A stretch of 64,000 nucleotides of DNA from Thermoplasmatales archaeon SW_10_69_26. GTDB taxonomy: Archaea > Thermoplasmatota > SW-10-69-26. The position numbers were made by a program, and so were the translations under genes. The stretch spans positions 55,730 to 119,729 of the forward strand of contig PXUB01000038.1 in the NCBI GenBank assembly GCA_003009755.1, written 5' to 3'. The first letter of the stretch is position 1; the number at the start of each line of letters is the position of its first letter. The notes under the pieces were generated by a model that was given only the letters and a program-made list of their open reading frames with translations, did no database searches and was not told the DNA's origin. Below, one piece after another: positions 10,601-23,890 of this stretch.

Positions 10601-10753
10601 ATGCCCGGCACGAACATCTGCGAGAAGTGCGGTCAACGCCGCAAGTCCGAGCGCCACGACTGCACGCCCTCCGCCGTCGAGAAGCAAGAGCGCATCGAGG
10701 AGAAGTTCGGCAACCTCCCCTCGGACCTCGGCGAGCCCGAAGACAACGAGTGA
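10601..10753 (+). CDS. 50-aa zinc-finger microprotein (CEKCG...HDC), absent from the ORF track
   Basis: MPGTNICEKCGQRRKSERHDCTPSAVEKQERIEEKFGNLPSDLGEPEDNE; TTACATAA box ~30 nt upstream. Confidence 0.65.
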   Translation: MPGTNICEKCGQRRKSERHDCTPSAVEKQERIEEKFGNLPSDLGEPEDNE

Positions 10754-10793
10754 CGATCCGGCCGTCGGGCGCCGCCGGTCGCCGGCGGGCCCG

Positions 10794-11552
10794 TCCACCG
10801 TACATCGGGTGCTCGTCGGGCTGACCCGCGCCGGCGCCCGCCTGCTTTTGCATCATCCGCAGCGTCCGCTCGATGTTCTCGGCCTCCGTGTACAGCGGCT
10901 TGACCTCGATGTCGACGTGATCGAGCAGATCGTCGACCGCCTCGATCACGCGCGCCGCGGCCCGCGCGTCCGGGTAGTTCGGATTGGCCTCGGCCAGCAG
11001 GCTCAGGCTGGGCATGTCTTCTCGCTTGCCCAGCGAGAGCAGCACGCCGCTGACACCCGTGATGATGCCGTTCGAGAACGTCTGGAGGTCGGCGGCGTCG
11101 AGCTTGTCCCGCAGCTCGCTCGTCGACGCGAGCCCGTACACCTCGACGTCCTCGTCCTCCTCGTCCGTCTCCTCGTCGGTCACCAGTCCCTCCGGCGAGA
11201 CGACGAGCTGGCTGTCGTGCTCGAGCGCGAAGTCCAGGATCGTCTCCGCGATCGGCCGCACGAGGTGCTTGTCCGGCTGGAACTCGGACACGAACACGCA
11301 CACCTGCTCGCTGGCGTAGATCCGCACCGGGAACATCGGCTCCCCGTCGCGCACGATCGACACCGTCGGGAACGCCGGCGCGTCCAGGATGCCCACCTGC
11401 TCGAGGTCCAGCAGATCGATCAGGTAGTTGGCGCAGATCGTGGACACCAACCCGACCGAGGGGAACCCGTCGACGACGGCCGCCCCCGAGAGATCGACGT
11501 CCTCGTACAGATGCACGTCCAGGTCCACGCCCCGGTTCCCGTCCGATGCCAT
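10794..11552 (-). CDS. PAC2-family proteasome assembly chaperone (PbaA/PbaB-like); expected stop reads GGA so the frame runs on to 10563
   Basis: GFPSVGLVSTI, PVRIY, PDARAAA motifs; ends ...HPMYG (HbYX-like). Confidence 0.85.
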
Positions 11553-11722
11553 ACCCCCGGCACGCCCGCCGCCGTACTTCAACGGCCAGGGTTCGGGACC
11601 CCATCCCTGTCGCCTGCAACCCCCGACCGATAGCAGGGAAACCTTTTTGCCCTCGTAGTCTCAGTCGGCGGTCGGCAAAGGTTACCCCGGGACGCACGCC
11701 CGCGTCCCACCCAACGATCAGC

Positions 11723-12616
11723 ATGGCGCAGCTCTCGCTCGTCCCGTTCTCCACCGACGACGCCTTCTACGGGGCCCTCAAGGCCCACGTCTACGGCACC
11801 GTGTACGATACGGTGCTGGAGGCGTTGCGCAGCGGCAACACTCAGCCGCTGCGGATGGCACAGAACGGCAGCGAGGGTCTCAGCGTCAAGATCGGTCGCT
11901 TCACTGCGCGCAAGGCCAACAACCTGTTCGTGCCCGACGGCGGCCCGGCCAACGCCAGCGCCGAGTTCTTCGGGTTCACGAGCCACAAGGTCCGCGAGAA
12001 GCTGTCCGAGCTGGCCGACACGGACACGATCGAGAAGGTCGGCCGCGGTCTGCGCGACGCCAAGGAGTACAACTGGAACGAGACGATCGAGAAGTACCAG
12101 CTGTGCTCGTATTTGGCCTTCCGCAAGGCCACCGGCTCCGACACCTCGCTCGCGCTCGAAGCCTACCGCATCCTGCAGACCTTCGGCGAGGACGCCTTCG
12201 AAGCCAACGACTTCATCGAGGTCTACCAGCACGTTCACGAGGAGGAGTACTCCCAATCGCGCTGGGGCAAGCGCAAGTTCAAGGAGATCGCCGAGTCCTA
12301 CGACTACAAGACCTACATCAAGGACCGGCTGAAGGCGCTGGCCGAACGCGACCTCGTCCGCGTGGACCGCCAGGAGGGCACCTTCGAGCTCACCCGCGAG
12401 GGCGAGGACGTGGCCCACCACTTCGGTCTCTTCATCGACGAGGTCCCCTACAAGGCCTCGTGGAATATGTGTCAAGACTGCCCGGCACGCTCGCTGTGCT
12501 GGGATCTCCAAGTCACGGACCTGGTCCTGGACGCGATCCGGGGCGAACCGGTCGGTCCCCCAGAGGACCACGGGGCCGGGCCGATGACGAGCGGCTCCAA
12601 CAACGGCGCTGGGTAA
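11723..12616 (+). CDS. hypothetical protein with winged-helix-like segment and CxxCPx4C motif
   Basis: LKALAERDLV...FELTREG wing; CQDCPARSLC; good codon bias; divergent from the PAC2 gene. Confidence 0.7.
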   Translation: MAQLSLVPFSTDDAFYGALKAHVYGTVYDTVLEALRSGNTQPLRMAQNGSEGLSVKIGRFTARKANNLFVPDGGPANASAEFFGFTSHKVREKLSELADTDTIEKVGRGLRDAKEYNWNETIEKYQLCSYLAFRKATGSDTSLALEAYRILQTFGEDAFEANDFIEVYQHVHEEEYSQSRWGKRKFKEIAESYDYKTYIKDRLKALAERDLVRVDRQEGTFELTREGEDVAHHFGLFIDEVPYKASWNMCQDCPARSLCWDLQVTDLVLDAIRGEPVGPPEDHGAGPMTSGSNNGAG

Positions 12617-12699
12617 CCTTTGCCACAACGCTCAGCTGCGCCCACGGAGCCGTCGCCCGGAGGGGCCGTCCCTCCGGGCCATCCTTCCTCTTTCCGTCG

Positions 12700-12910
12700 C
12701 GGACGTGCACCGTCTGCGTCGGCATCCCCGCGAGCAACCCCTCCGGCGTCGTCGCCGAGGGCAGCCTGAGGCCTCCACCGTCCTGCTCTCGTCGCCGACC
12801 TCGATCCCGTCCCCGACCGGAAAGGGCTGCTCGAAGGGCATCGAGGCCCCCGCGATCAGGGTCTCGCCGAACCGCTGGGCCGCCAACCCACGACGACGCC
12901 GCCCACCCCC
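12700..12910 (-). pseudogene. degenerate mechanosensitive channel (MscS) fragment
   Basis: GGVVVG|LAAQ..TLIAG..FEQPFPVGDGIEVG resembles the MscS TM3/beta-domain signature; frameshifted. Confidence 0.55.
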
Positions 12911-12949
12911 GTTCGACATCCTTTTGCCCCGGGCCCGGCTTGCCAGCAC

Positions 12950-14647
12950 ATGTCAGGCACGCGGGCCGAGGTGGACCTGTTCGCAGCGATCGATCCCGAC
13001 TGGCCGCCGCTGGACGACGTGCGCGAAGGCTGGCAGGCCCTCGACGAGGATGGCCGAGCCCGCGTCCGGCGCCGGCTGGCCGCCGTCCTGGCCGAGATCG
13101 AGCTTGACGACGAGGCCAACGAGGCCGCCGTCCGAGGCTTCCTCTCCTTCCTGGCCCAGGTCGAACCGATCGCCATCGACGTCCCGCTGCAAGCCCTGGC
13201 GGACGCCGAGGGAGAGGATGCCCGTCTGCACGAGCGCCAGCTCGCCGACGAGGTGTTCCACGCGCTGCTGTTCGCCCACCTCGCCGAGCGCCACGGCGGC
13301 CTCGCCGAACCGATCGGTGCTGCCGAAGACCTGCTGGCCGAGATCCGCGCTCCCGAGGACCTGGCCCACCGCGCCGTCCTGTTGAACCTCATCGCGGAGG
13401 CCTGGTTCGAGACCCTCTTCGAGCACGCCGCCGAGTGGGGCCTTGCAGACTAGGTGTTCGAGATCGCGCTCGCCGACGAGGAACGCCACGTCGAGGAGGG
13501 CCACGTCCACGCCGCCGACGTCGACCCCGAGGAGATCGAGGACCTCGTCCGCGACTTCGAGGAGAAGCTGTTCGCCCTCGTCCAGCACCCCCGCATCCTG
13601 TTGCCGATCCTCGAGCTGGCCGGCGAAGACGCCGCCCGCGACTTGTCGCGCGCCTACCTCGCCACGCACGAGCAAGCCCTCGCCGAGATCGGGCTCGAAC
13701 CGCCCGAAGCCGTCGACGAGATGGCTCACACCCTCGCGGAGCTCGAGAACGACACCGACGGCATCGGGACCCCGACCCGCATCGAGCCCGAGACGAACTG
13801 GCGGCAGACGGCCCTCCACCTCTGGGACACACCCCGCAACCCGGTCATGCACGGCTGGTTCGACGTCGAGACCGAGCCGATCCCGGACGAGCTTTTAACC
13901 CCGATCGCCGTCGCCGCCGTCGGCCGCGTCTGGCACGAGTACCCCCGCGTCAACCGGTACACGCTCGGCGACGAGATCTACGAGCCCGACGGCGTCAACG
14001 TCGGCGTGCGCGTAACTCTCGGCGACGACCACGAGGCCCTGTCCACGATCGTCGTCCCCGACGCCCACGAGCGCTCGGTGACCGACATCCAACGCATCCT
14101 GGAAGCCGGCGTCCACGAGATGAACCGGCTGGGCCGACAGCTCGAGCCGATCGACCCGACCGAGGAGACCGAGCCGCTGCGCGCCGTGCTGCGCGACGAG
14201 GAGCTGATGAGCATGGTGCCGCCCGAAACCGTGGCCGCGCCCGTCACCGTCGCCAACTCCGGTCCCTCGGGCATGGTCGCAGGCTTCGGCGCCATGCCCG
14301 GCGCGCTCGGACAAAGCGTCGAGTTCGTGCTCGGTCGCATCGAGCAACGCCCCAGCTGGAACGGCGACCGCTACGTGCCCGCCGACCACGTGACCGTCGG
14401 CTGCTCGGCCGACCATCGCGTCATCGACGGCCACCACGCCGGGCAAACGATGGACCGGCTACAGACGGCCCTCTCCGAGGACGCCGTCGACGAGATCCTC
14501 ACCCGAGACGACACGATCCCCGCCGACGCCGACCTGGGGGACGTCGCGCTCAGCCCGGTTGGGATGGGTACCCAGCAGGTCGAACTCATGATGTCCTGCA
14601 AGCTGCCCTTCTGGCTGGGATGGATGTGTTGGCTGTTCAAGAAGTAG
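12950..14647 (+). CDS. ferritin-like di-iron domain fused to an E2-type acyltransferase catalytic domain; interrupted by in-frame TAG at 13451-13453
   Basis: E..., DEVFH, E..., DEERH di-iron pattern spans the TAG; C-terminal DHRVIDG; both ORFs in the same frame with zero gap. Confidence 0.75.
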
Positions 14648-14794
14648 GGCCGGGCCTCGCGCCCCAGAGACTGAAGGCGGCTCGCAGAGGAATATGAAAA
14701 CGAGGGAGGGGGCGCCCATCGGGCCGGAGCTCGTCCTCGCCCGTCGGGCTCGGGTCCCCGCGTGCCGAGGATCGTCGCTGCTGACAAGATCCCA

Positions 14795-16498
14795 CTAACG
14801 GTGCCCGAACACGGCGTCGACCTCGTCCTCGCCGACGCGTTCGATGCGGCCGAACCCGTAGCGTTCGAACTGGACGAGATCGTCGGCGTCGTGGTCGAGG
14901 GCGGCAGGTTCGACGACACCGGTCTCCGTGGAAGCGTCGGGGCGAAGCACGGAGGCCTCGGGGCTATCGGGAACGGCCCACTGCACGATCGGGCCCTCGC
15001 GGTCCTCGGTCGGCATGCGGGATTCGAAGCGAGCTAGCCCGTCGCCGAGCCAGGTCGCATCGAGGCCATCCTTCAGCCGGAAGCGGGTGCCCTCCTCGAG
15101 GTCGGCCACCTCGTCGCTGGGGACGAGCACCTCGCCGGTGATCGTCATCGTGCGCACGCCGCGATCGGTGTCGTCGGGGTGGACGGCCAGCTCGGCCTCG
15201 ATCGGGTCCTCGAGGCCCTCGATCGTGACCGGCGTCGGGTCCGGCACGAAGAACAGGCGGTCGGCCCGCTCGTCGAGGAGCTTGCGGTTCTCGGCCGCCA
15301 GCGTCTCGAAGCTGACGTCGATGTCCTTCTCGGTCAGGCCGAGGTCGACCCAGAAGGTCACGATCGCTTCAGGTAGGAACCCGCGACGCCGCAGGGCCTT
15401 CAGCGTCGGCAGCCGGGGGTCGTCCCAGCCGTCGTACGCGCCGGCGGCGATGTCGGCTTGCATCGTGCTCGTCGAGAAGGTGCCGAACTCGTGCATGCCG
15501 ACCCGGCCCCAGTGGAGGACCTGGGGGTACTCCCAGCCGAAGTGCTCGTAGAGGAACCGTTGCTTGCGTTCGCTGTCGGCCAGGTCCTTGCCGCGGATGA
15601 TGTGGGTGGTGCCCTCGCGGTAGTCGTCGACCGCGGACTGGAAGTCCAACAGCGGCCAGACGTGGTACTCCGAGCCCACGCGGCAGTGCGGGTTCTCGTC
15701 GACGTCCACGATGCGGAAGGCGACCCAGTCCCGTAGCGCGGGGTCGTCGTGTTGCATGTCGGTCTTGATCCGGAGCACGCAATCGCCGGGCTCGTAGCCG
15801 CCCTGCATCATGCGCCGCCAGCGGCTCTTCTGCTCTTCGACGGGTTCCTCGCGGTGAGGGCAGGCCTCGGCAGCCTTCTTGTGTTCGCGGAACTGCTCGG
15901 GCGAGCACTCGCACGTGTAGGCGGCCCCGATGTCGATCGCGGTCTCCGCGCAGTCGTAGTAGGCATCCATGCGGTCGCTGGCGCGCAGCACGCGGTCGAC
16001 GTCGGCGCCGAGCCAGGCGAACTCCTCCTCGAACCAGTCGTAGGCTGGACGGGATGGGGGCTTGTTCACCGGGTCGGTGTCGTCGAAGCGCAGGATCAGC
16101 GTGCCGTCGTAGAGGTCCGCGTACCGCCCGTTGATGCACATGCCCCGCGAGTGGCCCAGGGAGGGCGCACCGTTCGGGTTCGGCGCGAAGCGCATCACGA
16201 CGTCGCCGCCCTCGGCGTTCGGCAGCTCGGGCAGGCCCTCGCGCTGGCTGTCCTTGGCCTCCATCTCGATCGAGCCGAGCTCGTCCAGCTCCGCACGCTG
16301 GTCGGTCTCGTCCAGCTCGTTGATCTGGCCCACGATGCGGCCCGCCACGCGGGCCACCTCGTCGGGCTGGTCCTTGTAGTCCTCGTCGTAGGACATGATG
16401 CGGCCGATCACCGCACCCTGGTTGGCCTCACCCCTGTGGTCGAGGGCGTTCTGGAGGGCGAAGCGCCGAGCCAGCTCCTCGAGTTCGTCCGCGGACAC
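14795..16498 (-). CDS. gltX: glutamate--tRNA ligase (archaeal type)
   Basis: MRFAPNPNG.SLGH, LRFDDTDP, THIIRGKD, GWDDPRLPT, QFERYGF; GTG start. Confidence 0.96.
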   Translation of the reverse strand: MSADELEELARRFALQNALDHRGEANQGAVIGRIMSYDEDYKDQPDEVARVAGRIVGQINELDETDQRAELDELGSIEMEAKDSQREGLPELPNAEGGDVVMRFAPNPNGAPSLGHSRGMCINGRYADLYDGTLILRFDDTDPVNKPPSRPAYDWFEEEFAWLGADVDRVLRASDRMDAYYDCAETAIDIGAAYTCECSPEQFREHKKAAEACPHREEPVEEQKSRWRRMMQGGYEPGDCVLRIKTDMQHDDPALRDWVAFRIVDVDENPHCRVGSEYHVWPLLDFQSAVDDYREGTTHIIRGKDLADSERKQRFLYEHFGWEYPQVLHWGRVGMHEFGTFSTSTMQADIAAGAYDGWDDPRLPTLKALRRRGFLPEAIVTFWVDLGLTEKDIDVSFETLAAENRKLLDERADRLFFVPDPTPVTIEGLEDPIEAELAVHPDDTDRGVRTMTITGEVLVPSDEVADLEEGTRFRLKDGLDATWLGDGLARFESRMPTEDREGPIVQWAVPDSPEASVLRPDASTETGVVEPAALDHDADDLVQFERYGFGRIERVGEDEVDAVFGHR

Positions 16499-16689
16499 AC
16501 GCCAGCAACCCCCGTCGCGGAGAAAACGCTTCCGGGTGGCTCTGGCAAGCCCTTGCGTGGGAAACCGTTCCCTGTGGCCTCGCTTCTCACGCAACGCCTA
16601 AGAGGGACGCGCTGTTAGGGATGGATCCCGGTCGCCCCGGAGCGGGATGCCCTGCTCCCGGCCTCGGGCCACCCCGGCCCGGACGGGAG

Positions 16690-16900
16690 GATACAAAATA
16701 GGGCGTCCCCTACCTGGGATCGCGATCACGGTCGACCTGCCCCGCCCCCTCGCCCCGGGCCCGACCCTGGGCGAGGATATATATGGGATGGGTCCTTACC
16801 TGTGATCCCGACCTGGGAGCGCGACGCCGGCCCCTGCCGGTTCAGTCCGGTGCCTCGGTTCGGCGATTCGACCCCCCTACCCTGCCCGAAAGGTATATTA
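16690..16900 (+). promoter_or_regulatory. tandem TATA-like promoters of the rRNA operon
   Basis: AT-rich boxes TACAAAATA (~16692), ATATATAT (16777-16784), CGAAAGG-TATATTA (16887-16900) in otherwise GC-rich DNA. Confidence 0.55.
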
Positions 16901-17238
16901 GGGGGGCGCGATGTACTCGCGTTCCCGCCGTGACCGCTCGGATGGAGCGGATCGCGGGGGACGATCCGCGCCACACAGATGGGTGGAGGGAGCATACCGC
17001 TCACGATGAACACCCGGATCCAGGGCGCGGAACATCACACGATGTGGGGATCCGAGAAACCCGGCCTCTCGCGAGGTCGTGATCTCTCGTGTCCGACGTA
17101 CGAACCGAGTCACGCGAGACAGGTTGGTGAAATCTCCCTGTCCCGCTGATTCCCAATCTTCCCAACGATTGGGCCCATACATCCGGTCCTTGTGGCCGGG
17201 CTCATTCGGCTGTGCCTTACCCCATGGCCGGTGAGCGA

Positions 17239-18707
<1,469 letters not shown>

Positions 18708-18813
18708 ACGTACTTCCCAGCGGGACGGGGAGACACCAAAACCTGGCTCGCGTATGGTTCGGTTCGATGGCAACGCTCTTGTACCTGTGGTTATGCTGCA
18801 GGGCCTCGCCGTG

Positions 18814-18886
18814 GGGCTCGTAGATCAGTTGGCAGATCGCCACCCTTGCAAGGTGGAGGCCGTGGGTTCGAATCCCACCGAGTCCA
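18814..18886 (+). tRNA. tRNA-Ala(TGC) in the 16S-23S spacer
   Basis: acceptor GGGCTCG/CGAGTCC with G3:U70, anticodon loop TTGCAAG, GTTCGAATC. Confidence 0.96.
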
Positions 18887-19146
18887 CCTACTCGGTGGGT
18901 GCGGAGTGGTTGCCGGTTCGTTGGACGTTATCCTGCATTCGATTTCACGCTCACACGGCGTCGATGCGATGCATCGACCCCGCTGCCGTTGGCAGCGTTT
19001 CAACGAGATCAGTGAGGCGGCTGTGGACGTCACTGTCCTAAGCCGTATGGACGAGGGCATAAGTCGGTGGATCGACCATCGCGGCCCGATGACGCCGATG
19101 CATACGCGAGTCTAGCAGTAAGTCGGAGCTGTAGCAATCCGACGGC

Positions 19147-21972
<2,826 letters not shown>

Positions 21973-22065
21973 CCGTCGTAACGCTTCAGCTCCGACCTTC
22001 AAATAGACTCGCGTATGCACGATCTCCGTTTCCTGGCTGAGCAAGTCGGGTTGATTTTCCACGGG

Positions 22066-22195
22066 GTGACACGACGGCCATAGCGGGGGGTTGACACCCG
22101 GTCCCATTCCGAACCCGGAAGTTAAGTCCTCCTGCGTTCCGCGCGGTACTGAGGTGCTAGCGCCCTCGGGAGTTGTGGTTCGCTGTCGGTCGCCC
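22066..22195 (+). rRNA. rrf: 5S rRNA (ends approximate)
   Basis: GGCCATAGCG...CCCATTCCGAACCCGGAAGTTAAG; followed by a pyrimidine run. Confidence 0.93.
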
Positions 22196-22284
22196 TTTCC
22201 TTTCACGTTCTCATGGGTGGGTGGTTGGGTTCGGGTCGCTTGTCTCGAGCGAACGCTTTTGACGGGGAGCGGTTTTGCAGGTCT

Positions 22285-22491
22285 GTGGCCGAGGAAACCG
22301 TCTACTGGGTGTTCGGCAAGGAGCAGGGCGGCGAGGAGCAACTGCGCCTCGTCGGCAGTGTCAACGCCCTGAACCCAGCGCTCGCCGAGAACTACGCCCG
22401 TTCACTGTATGGCGAGGATGCGAATTGGGCGGAGATGGCGGTCGTTCCGCGCGGGTCTGTCCACCGATTCGACGACGTCCGAGGTGCCTAA
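22285..22491 (+). CDS. paaB: PaaB-like small subunit of phenylacetyl-CoA epoxidase
   Basis: YWVF...VGSV.A....A...AR.LY...MAVVPR pattern; adjacent to a PaaC-like gene. Confidence 0.65.
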   Translation: MAEETVYWVFGKEQGGEEQLRLVGSVNALNPALAENYARSLYGEDANWAEMAVVPRGSVHRFDDVRGA

Positions 22492-22492
22492 C

Positions 22493-23278
22493 GTGACGGA
22501 TCGCCAACCCTCGCGAGACCTCACGCTGTCGGTCGCTGATTCGACGCTGGCGGCTGGCCTCCGGTACGGAACGTGGGTCGAGCGCGCCCCGAGCACGGAG
22601 GAACAGGTGGCGGTCTCCAGCATGAGCCAGGACAAGCTCGGCCAGGCCCGTGGCTTCTACCAGATGGCTGAGGAGCTTCACGACCTCGACAAGGTCGAGC
22701 TCCAGTACGACCGCGAGCCCGACGAGTTCCGTTGGACGCCAGCCTGGTCGACCCCCTGGAACTCATGGGGCCATCTCGTCCTCGGACAGGTCCTGTACGG
22801 TCGAGCTCTTCTCGACCAGCTCACCGCGATTGCCGACGGCGTCAAGCTCCGGGAACCGCTCTCGAAGATCGAGCAAGAGGACAGCTGGCATGCTCGCCAC
22901 GGATCGGCGTGGCTGAGCCAGGCCGCCCAGGACACGGGCGCTCGAGAACACTTCCAGGCGGCCCTCGACGACCTTTGGCCCCACGCCGTCACGGTGTTCG
23001 GAGCCGAGGACGACGAACGGTTCCCCGAGGACCTGGATGCCGGCGTGCTCGAGGCCACGGACGACGAGCTTCGGGAAGCCTGGCTGGCCGAGATCGTTCC
23101 CCAGCTGCGGGATGCGGGCCTCGAGGTGCCGGCCGAGACGACCACTGATGGCTGGCGCACGGACCCCGAGCCCTCGGCCAGGCAGTGCGAGCTGACCGAG
23201 GACGCCGCCCGGGAGACGGCCATGGAGCTGGCGGCGATGCTCCAGGATCCCGAACACCGCGAGCTCGCCGAGATCTGA
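22493..23278 (+). CDS. paaC: PaaC-like phenylacetyl-CoA epoxidase subunit
   Basis: ADS...G.R..W..RAP.EE.VA...SQD.LGQAR, KIEQED.WH..H, LWP; GAGGTG SD. Confidence 0.8.
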   Translation: MTDRQPSRDLTLSVADSTLAAGLRYGTWVERAPSTEEQVAVSSMSQDKLGQARGFYQMAEELHDLDKVELQYDREPDEFRWTPAWSTPWNSWGHLVLGQVLYGRALLDQLTAIADGVKLREPLSKIEQEDSWHARHGSAWLSQAAQDTGAREHFQAALDDLWPHAVTVFGAEDDERFPEDLDAGVLEATDDELREAWLAEIVPQLRDAGLEVPAETTTDGWRTDPEPSARQCELTEDAARETAMELAAMLQDPEHRELAEI

Positions 23279-23329
23279 ACTGGCCCCAGTGGCACCCCCG
23301 CGGGATGATCCCCGGCGGCGAGTGCCACG

Positions 23330-23890
23330 CGTGGTCTTGGGAGCCTCGGGCGAGGCCTGCTACTCGCTATGCTGGTCGCGGGCACGGCGCTGACCGCCGT
23401 GGCCGGCATCCCAGGCCAAAGCCCGGAGGTGGACACGGTCGAGCAGACGATCGTCGGCGACCTCCGGCTTGCGGACCACGACGAAGGCCCCAGCGACGGC
23501 GTGGAGAGGACGTTCGCCGCGGAGACCCCCGCTCCGGGCGACCGCTCTGGCTCCCAGCTGGCGAGCTCGCGCGAAGCCCATCCGGACCTCGGCGCGGCCA
23601 TCCGCCCTAACGTCACGATCAACCTATCGGTCGACCGAGGACAGGCGTTGGCCGGTGCCCTCATCGTCGACGAGCTTCGCTACGGGGATCGAGACCCGCT
23701 CGGGAAGAACATCGAACGGTGTGGTCCCCTTCACACCAGCCGAGCTGGCGGCGAGCTGCCCGATGATCTCCCCTGCGTGGCCTCGCCCGATGGAGGCCGG
23801 TGCCGGTGGATCTTCGTCTCGTCGACGAACCCGTGGACGAGCTTACCCCGCTCGTCGCAGGGTTGGGCAAGTCAGTTGCCGGCCTGTTGA
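23330..23890 (+). pseudogene. probable degenerate secreted protein
   Basis: signal-peptide-like RGLLLAMLVAG without a clean in-frame start; C-terminus loses acidic composition and overlaps the convergent gene. Confidence 0.3.

Noticed and set aside
10585-10753. Ribosomal protein L37e/L40e call for the small Cys ORF
   Set aside because: No second CxxC pair and the tail is acidic
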